Assembly (NCBI GenBank): GCA_041651035.1
Contig: JBAZKC010000001.1
Coordinates: 259,244-323,243 of the forward strand
Direction of reading: 5' to 3'
Length of the DNA: 64,000 nucleotides
Source: Candidatus Omnitrophota bacterium
Lineage (GTDB): Bacteria; Omnitrophota; Gorgyraeia; Gygaellales; Profunditerraquicolaceae
The stretch's first letter is position 1. Each line of letters starts with the position of its first letter. The translations under genes and the position numbers were made by a program. Of the stretch, positions 46,139 through 55,483 are shown piece by piece. The notes under the pieces are model-generated. The model was not told where the DNA came from. It did not search any database and saw nothing but the letters and a program-made list of their open reading frames with translations.

Positions 46139-47248
46139 TTATCCTTTACAGGCGACATTTTTCTTTTTCTCTATAGAACCCAGGAGAGAATCAAATGATC
46201 TCTCAAACGCAAGGACACCTTCTTTAAGCAATTGCGCGCAGACAACATTTATATCAATACCCAGATCCATTAGGGCAGAGATATTTTTTCGCGCTTCCGA
46301 CGCATCGGAAGTTAAAGCCTCTTCTACTTTACCATGGCTTAAGAATGAGTTAAGCGTTTGTTCAGGCATGGTATTTACCGTATCCCTGGCGATAAGCTCT
46401 GAGACGTATTTTATATTGCTATAGCCGGGATTTTTTGTGCCGGTGGAAGCCCAAAGCACTCTCTGCGGATGCGCACCTGATTCCCGCAGCTGCTTAAAAT
46501 CTTCGGAAGAAAAGATCTCTGAATATTTTTGATAAATTAAGCCTGTGTTGCTTACGGCTGCCCTGCCTTTTAAAGATACCCAAGACGCCTGTTTATTTTG
46601 TTCCAGCAGATTGTCTATAACAGTATCTATCCTGCTTACAAAAACGCTGGCTACGCCATGAAGCTTAGTTATATCGCCTTCATTTTTAAGAAGCCGCCTG
46701 GCACCCCTTATATAGGCATAGGCTGTATTAATGTATTGCTCTAAAGAAAATATTAACGTGGTGTTGATGTTTATTCCCAAGCTCAAGAGTTCTTCTATGG
46801 CAGAAAACCCGGGCGGGGTCGCCGGGACCTTTAACATCACATTAGGACGATTTACCTTTTGATAAAGCCTCCTGCCCTCTTTTATGGTTTCTTTGGCCTT
46901 ATAAGCAAGCCGGGGATCTATTTCCAGGCTTACGTAACCATCTAAGCCGCTGGTTTCTTTATAAACGGGTAAGAATATGTCCGCGGCGTCCTGGACGTCT
47001 TGAACAGTTAAATCATCATAGATCTCAAAAGTTGATTTACCCGCGCCGCATAATTCTAATATTTTTTCATCGTAATCAACACTGGAACTGATCGCCTTAT
47101 CAAATATTGTCGGATTTGAAGTCATTCCGCGCAGGCCCAGCGCGATCATTTCTTTGATTTTCCCGGTTTTAATCATAGACCTGTTGATATTATCCAGCCA
47201 GGCACTCTGGCCAAACATGTTCAGGCCGTAAATACTATTCTCAGCCAT
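46139..47248 (-). CDS. tal: transaldolase (long type)
   Basis: GQSIWLDNI-type N-terminus (GQSAWLDNI), GMTSNP and the Schiff-base Lys region. I placed the start at 47248 because an AGGAGGGAAG RBS precedes it. Confidence 0.75.
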   Translation of the reverse strand: MAENSIYGLNMFGQSAWLDNINRSMIKTGKIKEMIALGLRGMTSNPTIFDKAISSSVDYDEKILELCGAGKSTFEIYDDLTVQDVQDAADIFLPVYKETSGLDGYVSLEIDPRLAYKAKETIKEGRRLYQKVNRPNVMLKVPATPPGFSAIEELLSLGININTTLIFSLEQYINTAYAYIRGARRLLKNEGDITKLHGVASVFVSRIDTVIDNLLEQNKQASWVSLKGRAAVSNTGLIYQKYSEIFSSEDFKQLRESGAHPQRVLWASTGTKNPGYSNIKYVSELIARDTVNTMPEQTLNSFLSHGKVEEALTSDASEARKNISALMDLGIDINVVCAQLLKEGVLAFERSFDSLLGSIEKKKNVACKG

Positions 47249-47360
47249 TACTTCCCTCCTGGGCGTAAATACTACTGGCGGGGCCTCCGGCATGATCCTC
47301 AATCCAACAGCAATTAAGCCGGCGGCCTTGCCAGTATCTTCATAAACACTCTTTATCTTA

Positions 47361-47672
47361 TCACCGTTTCATCATGGGAGCATCAGCCTTACCCTGCATC
47401 ATCGGCATAGGCGCCTTTCCATCCATCATCATGCCTTTCATTTGGCATTTCATCATTTCTTTCATCGGACAACGGCCCGTAGACAAGGTGTAGGACCCCA
47501 TTGAAAGGACCAGCAATACGCCAACCCAGAGAAGCGCGGCAATAACATAACCGAACGCCTTAAGCCCCGCAGCTTCTGCCTTACGCAGCGCCAACAATAC
47601 AAAGAAGCTGATAGTCAACAACACCGTTGCGGGAATAATAGCCAACAACCCAGCCAGCCTAAACATTCCCAT
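47361..47672 (-). CDS. small membrane protein with Met-rich C-terminal tail (possible Cu(I)/Ag(I) binding)
   Basis: Two TM helices followed by CPMKEMMKCQMKGMMMDGKAPMPMMQGKADAPMMKR. Confidence 0.5.
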   Translation of the reverse strand: MGMFRLAGLLAIIPATVLLTISFFVLLALRKAEAAGLKAFGYVIAALLWVGVLLVLSMGSYTLSTGRCPMKEMMKCQMKGMMMDGKAPMPMMQGKADAPMMKR

Positions 47673-47728
47673 ATGCCACCTCCTTGTTATACGGGCCTCT
47701 TTTCTTGCCGGTAATAACCTTTACGGCT

Positions 47729-47758
47729 AAATGATACCATAAAAGTATCATTTGTCAA
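47729..47758 (-). promoter_or_regulatory. promoter (TTGACA-16-TATCAT) overlapped by the 9-7-9 palindrome AAATGATAC-N7-GTATCATTT
   Basis: On the minus strand, -35 at 47758-47753 and -10 at 47736-47731. The perfect inverted repeat at 47729-47753 spans the spacer and the -10 element. Confidence 0.45.
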
Positions 47759-47773
47759 GAAAAACCCGGCCCG

Positions 47774-48943
47774 TTACCTGAATATCATATTGGCGATATA
47801 ACCCAATATAACCACCTGCGGCACAGTTACAACCGGAAGCCACATAGCTGTGCGTTTTCCTACATTGCTCCACAAAAGCCCTATCTCGGTATAATCCGTA
47901 GCTACGCCTGCCATCAGGAACACAAAACTATTTCCCATGGCGCCGGTCTGGCGGTATATTTCAAAGGACAGCGGCGAGGAACCTTCAGAACAGACTTCTA
48001 TGATCGTAGCCAAAGCCAGGGTTACCATCAAGCCAAGCAGCGTCGGGCCCATGAACCTATGGAAAAAATGCACCGGAATGTAGGCCCCGGCCAAGCCCGC
48101 TATTAACATACCCAATATAATCCACCACAATACCATATCGGCAAGCGCTAAAGTGCCATTGATAACGCCTTTAAGATCGCTAAGCACGGCTCTTAGCCCA
48201 AATTTGTATTGCTTTATGCGTTTGGATATATCTGCCGGAATAGAAAACCCTTCCGGGACCTCCACGATATTTTTATTCTTCTCAATAAGGCCTCGCTTTT
48301 CCAGGAACATGAATATAAACCCGGTGTTAAGCGCTATTATAATAGCGGCTATAATAATAAATAGCCCCTTCAGGCCAAAAAAACCGATCAGCATTATAGT
48401 TATAGTAATATTTGCCCAGGGGCTGGCAAGAAGAAAACTTACCACTGCCGGATTGGAAGCGCCTTTTTTATGCAGCTGCATGGATAAGGCAAGTATGCCA
48501 TGGCTGCAGGCGCTCATCAGGAATCCCAGGAATACCGCGTTGAATATCGTGGAAGGCTTCTTGCGCGAGAGGATCTTTGATATATATTCCCGCGGCACAT
48601 AATAATCTATCAGGCCTCCTAAAAATAAACCTAAAGCCACTGCCCACCATACAGCCTTCAGATAAAGAAAGAAAATTCCGCGAAAAGAAGCAAGAAAGGG
48701 GATAAAATAAGAAAGAAGGATAATGGAACCGGTGAGGATGGTTATAACAAATAATTTATTCTTTAAAAATGATGCTTTGGCAGCAGGATAACAAACTGTG
48801 CTTCCGGTTATGCTTTCTTGCCGCGAATGTATAAATTTATCCCTGCAGCGGGAACTGCAGAAGAAATAATCCTTCCCGTTCTCATTTACCCTGATAGCCA
48901 CGCGTTCATCTACATCCATTCCGCAAACCGGATCTTTAACCAT
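47774..48943 (-). CDS. YHS/TRASH-domain protein fused to a COG0701-type permease
   Basis: N-terminal VKDPVCGMDV...FCSSRCRDKF (YHS metal-binding domain), then about 8 TM segments in a two-repeat permease pattern. Confidence 0.6.
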   Translation of the reverse strand: MVKDPVCGMDVDERVAIRVNENGKDYFFCSSRCRDKFIHSRQESITGSTVCYPAAKASFLKNKLFVITILTGSIILLSYFIPFLASFRGIFFLYLKAVWWAVALGLFLGGLIDYYVPREYISKILSRKKPSTIFNAVFLGFLMSACSHGILALSMQLHKKGASNPAVVSFLLASPWANITITIMLIGFFGLKGLFIIIAAIIIALNTGFIFMFLEKRGLIEKNKNIVEVPEGFSIPADISKRIKQYKFGLRAVLSDLKGVINGTLALADMVLWWIILGMLIAGLAGAYIPVHFFHRFMGPTLLGLMVTLALATIIEVCSEGSSPLSFEIYRQTGAMGNSFVFLMAGVATDYTEIGLLWSNVGKRTAMWLPVVTVPQVVILGYIANMIFR

Positions 48944-48949
48944 AATTTT

Positions 48950-49411
48950 TTAGTCTATGATATCTAACTCGGTCCTTAAGGCGATCTCAGGATAGGCAGG
49001 GTCGTTGCTGGCTACGAAAATATCCCTGATCACCCTGCCGGTCCCCATAGAAGGATGGACCAAATCCGCCACTACCTCTAATTCACCGCTCGCCTGCGGC
49101 TTAATGACTGCCTGCCAGCCAGGGTTGGCTCCGGCTATGCCGAAATAAGGGCTTCTATTTCTGCCTGCCTTTAAAGAAGCGGTTACACAGCTGCAGGATA
49201 CCCTTATATTCGTAATAATTAGATCCGCATTGCCTTTATTATATAATTTAAAAACCTTGGTTTTGCTGCCTTCGCTTTTGCTGACCTTGCCGAAATTAAA
49301 AGAACCAGGCTCTAAAACTACCTGCGGCCTTTTCTCTGCGTCCGCGCCAAAAGCGCAACCGGTAAAAAATAAGACTACAAAAACAGCGGCGAATATTTTA
49401 CAACGCTTCAT
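48950..49411 (-). CDS. DUF1573-domain lipoprotein
   Basis: Lipobox (FTGC) and the FNFGKV...NKGNADLIITNIRVSCSCV pattern. Confidence 0.6.
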   Translation of the reverse strand: MKRCKIFAAVFVVLFFTGCAFGADAEKRPQVVLEPGSFNFGKVSKSEGSKTKVFKLYNKGNADLIITNIRVSCSCVTASLKAGRNRSPYFGIAGANPGWQAVIKPQASGELEVVADLVHPSMGTGRVIRDIFVASNDPAYPEIALRTELDIID

Positions 49412-49414
49412 TTT

Positions 49415-50686
49415 CTAATTTTTGCCCCAGATAAACCAGACAAATAAATAAGCCGCGCTAACCGCAGCAAGGGTAAACGGCAGGCCTATTTTCACAAACT
49501 CTTTAAATTTGACTTCATAGCCCTCTTTCTTAAGTAAGCCGCAGGCAACGATGTTTGCCGAGGCGCCTATAGGGGTAATATTGCCGCCGAGGCTGGCTCC
49601 GATAAGCAGGCCGAAAAGAAACAGGGAAGGATTTATGTGCAGCTTATCCGACATAGAAATAGCCACCGGAAGCATAGCAGCCAAAAACGGCACATTATCA
49701 ATAAAGGCGGAAAGAAAGACTGAAATAAAAACCAGTAAAGTATACCCTAAGAATATGTTTTGCCCCACCAGCCCGGAAAGAAAGCTTGAGATTATATCAA
49801 GCCAGCCGGTAATGGCAATGCTGCCTACAATTATAAATATCCCCATAAGGAAAAAGGTAGTTTCCCAATCCAAGGACCTTATGCCTTTTATAATGGAGGC
49901 GCGGTCTATAAACTTTTTCCAGATTATGGAAATAATGCCGAACACCATGCAAATTATGCCCGCCATATAAGAAAACCCCGTATCCAGGAATGAAGACGCA
50001 GCTAATAAAACAATTAACGCAACCAGCAGGCCCGTCGGCACCCATGATCTTACTTTCTCCACGCTGACCAGGCAGACTTTTTCTTTATGGCCCCTGAATA
50101 TATAATATAAAACCAGGAGGGAAACTGCCGCGCCTAATTCCACCGCGAAAAATATGCCCGGCCTGCCTTTATAGAAAAAGAAGTCTCCGAAGTTCATTTT
50201 GGCAAATCCGCCTAAAAGCATACTAGGCGGATCGCCTATCAAAGTGGCCGCGCCCTGAAGATTGCTGGATACAGCGATAGCGATCATCATATTCACCGGG
50301 CTGATCTTTAATTTCCTGGCCAGCGATAAGGCGATAGGAGCGACAATTAATACCGTAGCCACATTTTCTACGAACGCCGAAATAAACCCTGTCAACAGGC
50401 AGATAAACAATATTGACCAGGCGGTATTCTTGGCGCGGTTCACAATGAGTTCGGCCATATAAGCCGGGACACGGCTTTCCATAAAAATATCGGCAACTAT
50501 TAATGTCCCCACAAATATACCCATGACATTCCAATTAATAGAAAATAATGCCTCTTTGAAAGAAACCACGCCGATAAGGACAAGCAAGGCCGCCGAGACG
50601 ACCGCGATATATGTTCTTCTCTTGGGCAAAAATATGAAGAGCAGGTAGGCAACGATAAAGATTATAAGAGAAATTGATTTTTGCAT
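49415..50686 (-). CDS. ArsB/NhaD-superfamily permease
   Basis: 423 aa protein with about 11 TM segments. It is a paralog of the gene at 61671-63053. Confidence 0.65.
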   Translation of the reverse strand: MQKSISLIIFIVAYLLFIFLPKRRTYIAVVSAALLVLIGVVSFKEALFSINWNVMGIFVGTLIVADIFMESRVPAYMAELIVNRAKNTAWSILFICLLTGFISAFVENVATVLIVAPIALSLARKLKISPVNMMIAIAVSSNLQGAATLIGDPPSMLLGGFAKMNFGDFFFYKGRPGIFFAVELGAAVSLLVLYYIFRGHKEKVCLVSVEKVRSWVPTGLLVALIVLLAASSFLDTGFSYMAGIICMVFGIISIIWKKFIDRASIIKGIRSLDWETTFFLMGIFIIVGSIAITGWLDIISSFLSGLVGQNIFLGYTLLVFISVFLSAFIDNVPFLAAMLPVAISMSDKLHINPSLFLFGLLIGASLGGNITPIGASANIVACGLLKKEGYEVKFKEFVKIGLPFTLAAVSAAYLFVWFIWGKN

Positions 50687-50784
50687 TATGTTTATATTTT
50701 ACCACAAAATAGGCGATCTGCGAAGCATCTTATAACGCGAAATTTTTCTTGCATTTTAACATGCTTTATGTATAATTCAATCAA

Positions 50785-51369
50785 ATGAAAAAAGCAGGCT
50801 TTCTTGTCGTTTTAGTTAGCCTGAGCTTCTTGATGGCAAGCTCGGGTTTTGCGGACGAAACAGGGCCCAAATGCCTGGAAGGCATAGAATACCTCACTGG
50901 TTTCGGATGGGGAAAGCTACGCGCGAAAGACAATTACAACCTCTACCCTCTTCTGGTTGATTTCGATTTCAATCTCAAGCCTCTGGCCCAAAAATTAAAT
51001 TTTAACCCAAGACAGTTACTGCAATTCCAGATCGAGCCGTTTATTTCTTTTGTGTCCTCGCCTGATGCCAATATAGAAACAGGGATGTCATTCTTTTTAA
51101 AAATGGGGGTCCTGCCGGATACCTCCAAATTGCAACCCTATGTCAAAGTAGGCTTAGGCATAGACTATATTACGCAGCATACGGTAGAACAATCCACTCA
51201 GTTCAATTTTATCGAGCAAGGCGGGGTAGGCATGCATTACTTCTTCCAGAAAGATATTGCCCTTACCTTGGAAGGCCGCATCCGGCACCTTTCTAATTCC
51301 GGCATAAAACATCCGAATAAAGGCATAAATACCTATTTTGTGGTTACCGGGATATCTTATCAATTTTAA
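50785..51369 (+). CDS. outer-membrane acyloxyacyl hydrolase / lipid A deacylase (PagL-like)
   Basis: Signal peptide, an 8-strand beta-barrel pattern ending in ...ISYQF, and the PagL-type catalytic motif RHLSNSG (His/Ser). Confidence 0.5.
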   Translation: MKKAGFLVVLVSLSFLMASSGFADETGPKCLEGIEYLTGFGWGKLRAKDNYNLYPLLVDFDFNLKPLAQKLNFNPRQLLQFQIEPFISFVSSPDANIETGMSFFLKMGVLPDTSKLQPYVKVGLGIDYITQHTVEQSTQFNFIEQGGVGMHYFFQKDIALTLEGRIRHLSNSGIKHPNKGINTYFVVTGISYQF

Positions 51370-51408
51370 GCAAAGATTTTTTTAGGCGGGAAGATTTCTA
51401 GGAACGGA

Positions 51409-51792
51409 TCAGGCTAAGCTCACCAGGATTATCCCCATAATAATACAGATTGTCCCTGCCCAGCGCATTAACCCGACTTTTTCTTTTAAGATAATCCCTG
51501 AGCCAAGGGCAATAAAGATATAGTGCATGCTGTCTGCGGAAAAGGCGAAATTCAGGTCCGATTTTGACAAAACAAAAAGCCAGATGCATAAAGATACTAC
51601 AGTAAACAGAAAGCCGATCCAAATCTGGGGAATCTTAATTAACTTGATAATAAACTGTAATATTTTAAAGATATTGGCGGTATGCGGGATCTTTAAAGAA
51701 TCTATTGAGGATTTTAAGAAAAGTTGATTTATCGTATCGCAGATACCGGTAAGGGCTATCAGGAATAAAATAAAGATCAGGTCCGGATTCAT
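51409..51792 (-). CDS. 4-TM EamA/SMR-like small transporter subunit (ArnE/ArnF-like)
   Basis: 127 aa protein with 4 TM segments. Confidence 0.5.
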   Translation of the reverse strand: MNPDLIFILFLIALTGICDTINQLFLKSSIDSLKIPHTANIFKILQFIIKLIKIPQIWIGFLFTVVSLCIWLFVLSKSDLNFAFSADSMHYIFIALGSGIILKEKVGLMRWAGTICIIMGIILVSLA

Positions 51793-52205
51793 TATGGGAC
51801 AGCCTTTCTTTCTTTACTGCTCAGCGAGACAAATACCACTCCTGCCAATATAAAAGATATCCCTACCCATTTTAAAGCGTTTATTTTCTCATGCAGAAAA
51901 ATTATGGAAACCAGGGGGACAAGTATATAGCTAAAACTGGCTATGGGGACCGCTACGCTTAGATCTATTTTAGAAAGAATCGCTGACCAGATAATAAATG
52001 TGAGCAGCACCGATAAGAGCCCGATCCATAAAAACGGGGACGCGGAAACCCCCTTTAAGAAAGTCGCTACATCCGCTAATTCCCTTATGTAAAATCCGCT
52101 TTGCGAAAGGGAACTTTTCTTAAAACAGAATTGAGTAAAAGTCTCAAGAAAATCGGAGAAAACAAGGAATAATAATATTTTGAGGGTAAGGTTTTTTTTA
52201 AACAT
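51792..52205 (-). CDS. 4-TM EamA/SMR-like small transporter subunit (ArnE/ArnF-like, partner)
   Basis: 137 aa protein with 4 TM segments. Its stop overlaps the start of the downstream paralog. Confidence 0.5.
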   Translation of the reverse strand: MFKKNLTLKILLFLVFSDFLETFTQFCFKKSSLSQSGFYIRELADVATFLKGVSASPFLWIGLLSVLLTFIIWSAILSKIDLSVAVPIASFSYILVPLVSIIFLHEKINALKWVGISFILAGVVFVSLSSKERKAVP

Positions 52206-53331
52206 GCTCGGCGTCCCTTATGTCCTGGTCAAAATTCTCCGGCCTTAAGAATACCGCCAGCAACTTAAACAAGGAATTTACTACTGGATTTTTATGTTTT
52301 AAATAGGCATACAGGGGAATAAGCTTTCCACCGAGCCTTGCCTTCGGGCAGTAATCAGTCTGTCCACTCTGGTAAGAACGTATGGAATTCTTTATGCACC
52401 ACTCTATATTAAAACACCAGCTCACGAAATACAGGCTGTATTGGTTTGATATATCATAATCGAACCCGATGAATTTATCAATAAATAAATCTTTATACAC
52501 AAAACAGAGATTAAAAGCCCCCAGTTTGCCATTGACATAATAAAGGAAGAATTTGGCGTGAGGGTAAAGATCCCTGCCGGCATTAATAAAGAATTCCTTG
52601 GTCAATTTCTCAAATTTTGTCGCGCCGTTATGGTAGGTATTCACATAGAGCCTGTGCAGATCGTCGATTAAGTCATCAGCCCGGTCTACTATTTTTACCA
52701 TAATATCCGCTTGAGAATAAGCCTTCTTGAGTTTGCGGCGCAAGCTCTTTCTGGTAGAATGCCCCAGGCTGCTCAAATATTCGTCAAAGGAGTTAAAATT
52801 CAATTCCGTTACCGCGGAAGGGAAGCTTTTCACTTTAAAGAACCCGCGCGTACCAAGGGAGGCCGGCAGCAAAGGCTCTCCTCCTAAAAAATCCTTAAAG
52901 ATAATAAAAGAAGCGCCTTTAACTGCGGAGAATTTATCCACTACCTTTATCAATTCATTAATAAGCCCCTCTTTATCTTCTACGGCCTTCCTGATGCCCA
53001 AAATACCGTGTTCTCTGAAAGGCGAACCGCAAAATAAAGTCTTAAGGACCAGGAAACCGGGGCTAAACCTGCGTATGAGCCGTATTATTTTCTCCATAAC
53101 TCCGCTTACCGCGATATCCAGGTTAAAATCAGCGATAAATAACGGCGCGATCAAAAGACAGGTATCCTCTTGATACAGCGATATATAATAAAAGGTGAAA
53201 TCCTCCAGCCCAGACTCTTCGATAGCCTTATAAAACTGGTATCCTTCGGGGATGTCGCCAAAAACCGAGTCCCAATCGTCCTTACCTATATCGGTAACAG
53301 AATTTACAACCTTATGAGTTATATTTTTCAT
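52198..53331 (-). CDS. FemAB/BioF2-like GNAT-fold acyl/aminoacyl transferase
   Basis: 377 aa protein with an Acetyltransf_6-like sequence. AT-rich codon usage. Confidence 0.45.
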   Translation of the reverse strand: MKNITHKVVNSVTDIGKDDWDSVFGDIPEGYQFYKAIEESGLEDFTFYYISLYQEDTCLLIAPLFIADFNLDIAVSGVMEKIIRLIRRFSPGFLVLKTLFCGSPFREHGILGIRKAVEDKEGLINELIKVVDKFSAVKGASFIIFKDFLGGEPLLPASLGTRGFFKVKSFPSAVTELNFNSFDEYLSSLGHSTRKSLRRKLKKAYSQADIMVKIVDRADDLIDDLHRLYVNTYHNGATKFEKLTKEFFINAGRDLYPHAKFFLYYVNGKLGAFNLCFVYKDLFIDKFIGFDYDISNQYSLYFVSWCFNIEWCIKNSIRSYQSGQTDYCPKARLGGKLIPLYAYLKHKNPVVNSLFKLLAVFLRPENFDQDIRDAEHV

Positions 53332-53374
53332 CTTGAATTTTGGAACATTTTAGCATAGAATAGATAAAATAAAA

Positions 53375-54595
53375 ATGAATATGTTTAAAGAAATCCCCCC
53401 TACGGCAGGATTCCCCCTTTATAGCAAAGATTTCCTACCCTTAATCACAGGGAGAACGCGGCAGGGCCCCCTGGAAGACGATTTTAAAGGCTATCTTGAT
53501 GTGCCTTACGCGCGGATAACCTGTTCCGGAACCGCGGCTTTCTATCTTATATTAGAAAGCCTTAAAACCATATCCCGCAGAAAAACCGTAGTTATTCCCT
53601 CCTTTGTATGCCCCCTTGTTCCGCTGGCTATAAAAAGAGCTGGTTTAAACGCCATTGTATGTGATATAAACAGGGATAATTTTAATTTCGATAACCAGCA
53701 GCTGCGTGATCTGTGTTCCAGGAACCCCGATATCCTGGCCATTGTAGCTGTGCATTTAGGGGGGGTACCTCTGGATTTTGAAGCTATCCAGCAAGCGGCC
53801 AAGGAAGCCGGGGCATTTATCATAGAAGATTGCGCCCAGTCCTTGGGAGCGGAGCATAAAGGCAAAAAGGTAGGCACGCTGGGAGAATTCTCTTTTTTTA
53901 GCCTCTGCCGCGGGAAAGGTTTGACTATTTATGAAGGGGGCCTTATAACCGCCAAAGAAAAGGGACACTGCGCGATAATTAATGCTACCATAGAACGCTT
54001 AGTAAATGATGACCTTGTTTCCGAAAGCATAAAGATACTGGAATTATTCGGATACTGGCTCTTCTACAGGCCGCAGCTCTTCTGGACTGTTTTCAGGCTG
54101 CCTCAAATCTTCTGGAATTGGCAAGGCCAACCCTTAAGAGCTCAAACAGAATATTTTACGGCTGACTTTCCCGTGCATAAAGTTTCCCGGATAAGAGAAT
54201 CAATAGGGCGGGCTGTTTTACCACGCCTGGACCAAGAAATAAACAAACAAAGGCAAAAGGCATTTGATTATATGGAAAGGCTGAAGGATATCCCAGGAAT
54301 AAAGCTGATTACAGAAGCCCCGGGAGACCTGGCTACTTATCCTTATTTAACACTGCTTTTTAATGAGCCTGCCAGGCGCCGCGAGGCTTTAAACACATTC
54401 ATAAACTCGGGGCTGGGGGTATCTCAAATTTATGTCTCCGCCATCACGGATTATGATTATTTAAGCGGCATAATAGGAAATAAGGCCTGTCCCAACGGCC
54501 GCTATTTGGCAGAAAGACAGATCTCTTTAACCACAAGCACATTCTTGAAGAATAAGGACATTGCTACTATTGTAGAAATGATAAAAAAACTATGA
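53375..54595 (+). CDS. DegT/DnrJ/EryC1/StrS-family PLP-dependent sugar aminotransferase
   Basis: Characteristic N-terminal fold and PLP-Lys region (SFFSLCRGKGL). Confidence 0.75.
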   Translation: MNMFKEIPPTAGFPLYSKDFLPLITGRTRQGPLEDDFKGYLDVPYARITCSGTAAFYLILESLKTISRRKTVVIPSFVCPLVPLAIKRAGLNAIVCDINRDNFNFDNQQLRDLCSRNPDILAIVAVHLGGVPLDFEAIQQAAKEAGAFIIEDCAQSLGAEHKGKKVGTLGEFSFFSLCRGKGLTIYEGGLITAKEKGHCAIINATIERLVNDDLVSESIKILELFGYWLFYRPQLFWTVFRLPQIFWNWQGQPLRAQTEYFTADFPVHKVSRIRESIGRAVLPRLDQEINKQRQKAFDYMERLKDIPGIKLITEAPGDLATYPYLTLLFNEPARRREALNTFINSGLGVSQIYVSAITDYDYLSGIIGNKACPNGRYLAERQISLTTSTFLKNKDIATIVEMIKKL

Positions 54596-55455
54596 TCATC
54601 TTTTCACTTAAAGAAGACTATAAGAATGGCCCGGTCATCCCTGACTCAAGTTTCTTCTTAGGGGGAGATAACAACCTCTGCTTCCTTATCCACGGGCTTA
54701 CCGGCACTGCTAAAGAAATGAGCTCCATAGCCCAGCGCTTAAACGAAAAAGGTTATTCCGTGGCCTGCCCTCTAATGGACGGACATGATAGGTCTATTTC
54801 TGTCTTAAAGAGAAAAAGCTGGCAGGAATTATACGCCTCCGTAAAAAAAGAATACCTGAAATACGAATCCTCTTATCGCAACATATTTGTGGCAGGCTTA
54901 TCCTTTGGGGCATTATTAGGAATGCTTCTTGCCTATGAGTTCCCTGAAAAAATAAGGGCGGTCAATTGCTTCTCCCCTACCCTGTTTTTTGACGGATGGG
55001 GCACGCCGAAATTAAGGGTTATTCTCCCTTTGGTCTATATGACTCCTTTAAAATATTGGCTCTATCTTAAGGAAGGATACCCCTATGGCATAAAGAACGA
55101 GAGGTTAAGGTCCAGGATTGAAAGCTACTACAAGAAATCGCTGTTATTTGATTATAGCAAAGCCCATCTTTACGGATACCCGGTAATTCCCGTATCCTGT
55201 ATGCAGCAAAACCATCTGTTGGCAAAATATGTCATGTCTGTATTAGGTAAAATAAATACCCCCATTCAGCTCCTTCAGGCAAAAAATGATGATGTAACCA
55301 GCCCCAGAAATTCCCGCTATATATACGATCACATTGCTTCCCCAGACAAGGAAATCGTGCTTTTTGAAGATTCCTACCACATTATTATAGCCGACCAGGA
55401 AAGAGATAAGGTAGCGGAAAAAACAATCGCATTTTTTGAGAAATATAAGAAATAG
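54592..55455 (+). CDS. alpha/beta-hydrolase fold protein
   Basis: GLSFG nucleophile elbow and HGLTG oxyanion region. Confidence 0.65.
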   Translation: MIIFSLKEDYKNGPVIPDSSFFLGGDNNLCFLIHGLTGTAKEMSSIAQRLNEKGYSVACPLMDGHDRSISVLKRKSWQELYASVKKEYLKYESSYRNIFVAGLSFGALLGMLLAYEFPEKIRAVNCFSPTLFFDGWGTPKLRVILPLVYMTPLKYWLYLKEGYPYGIKNERLRSRIESYYKKSLLFDYSKAHLYGYPVIPVSCMQQNHLLAKYVMSVLGKINTPIQLLQAKNDDVTSPRNSRYIYDHIASPDKEIVLFEDSYHIIIADQERDKVAEKTIAFFEKYKK

Positions 55456-55483
55456 CTAACTGCGGCGAGGTCTACGCGGTATT

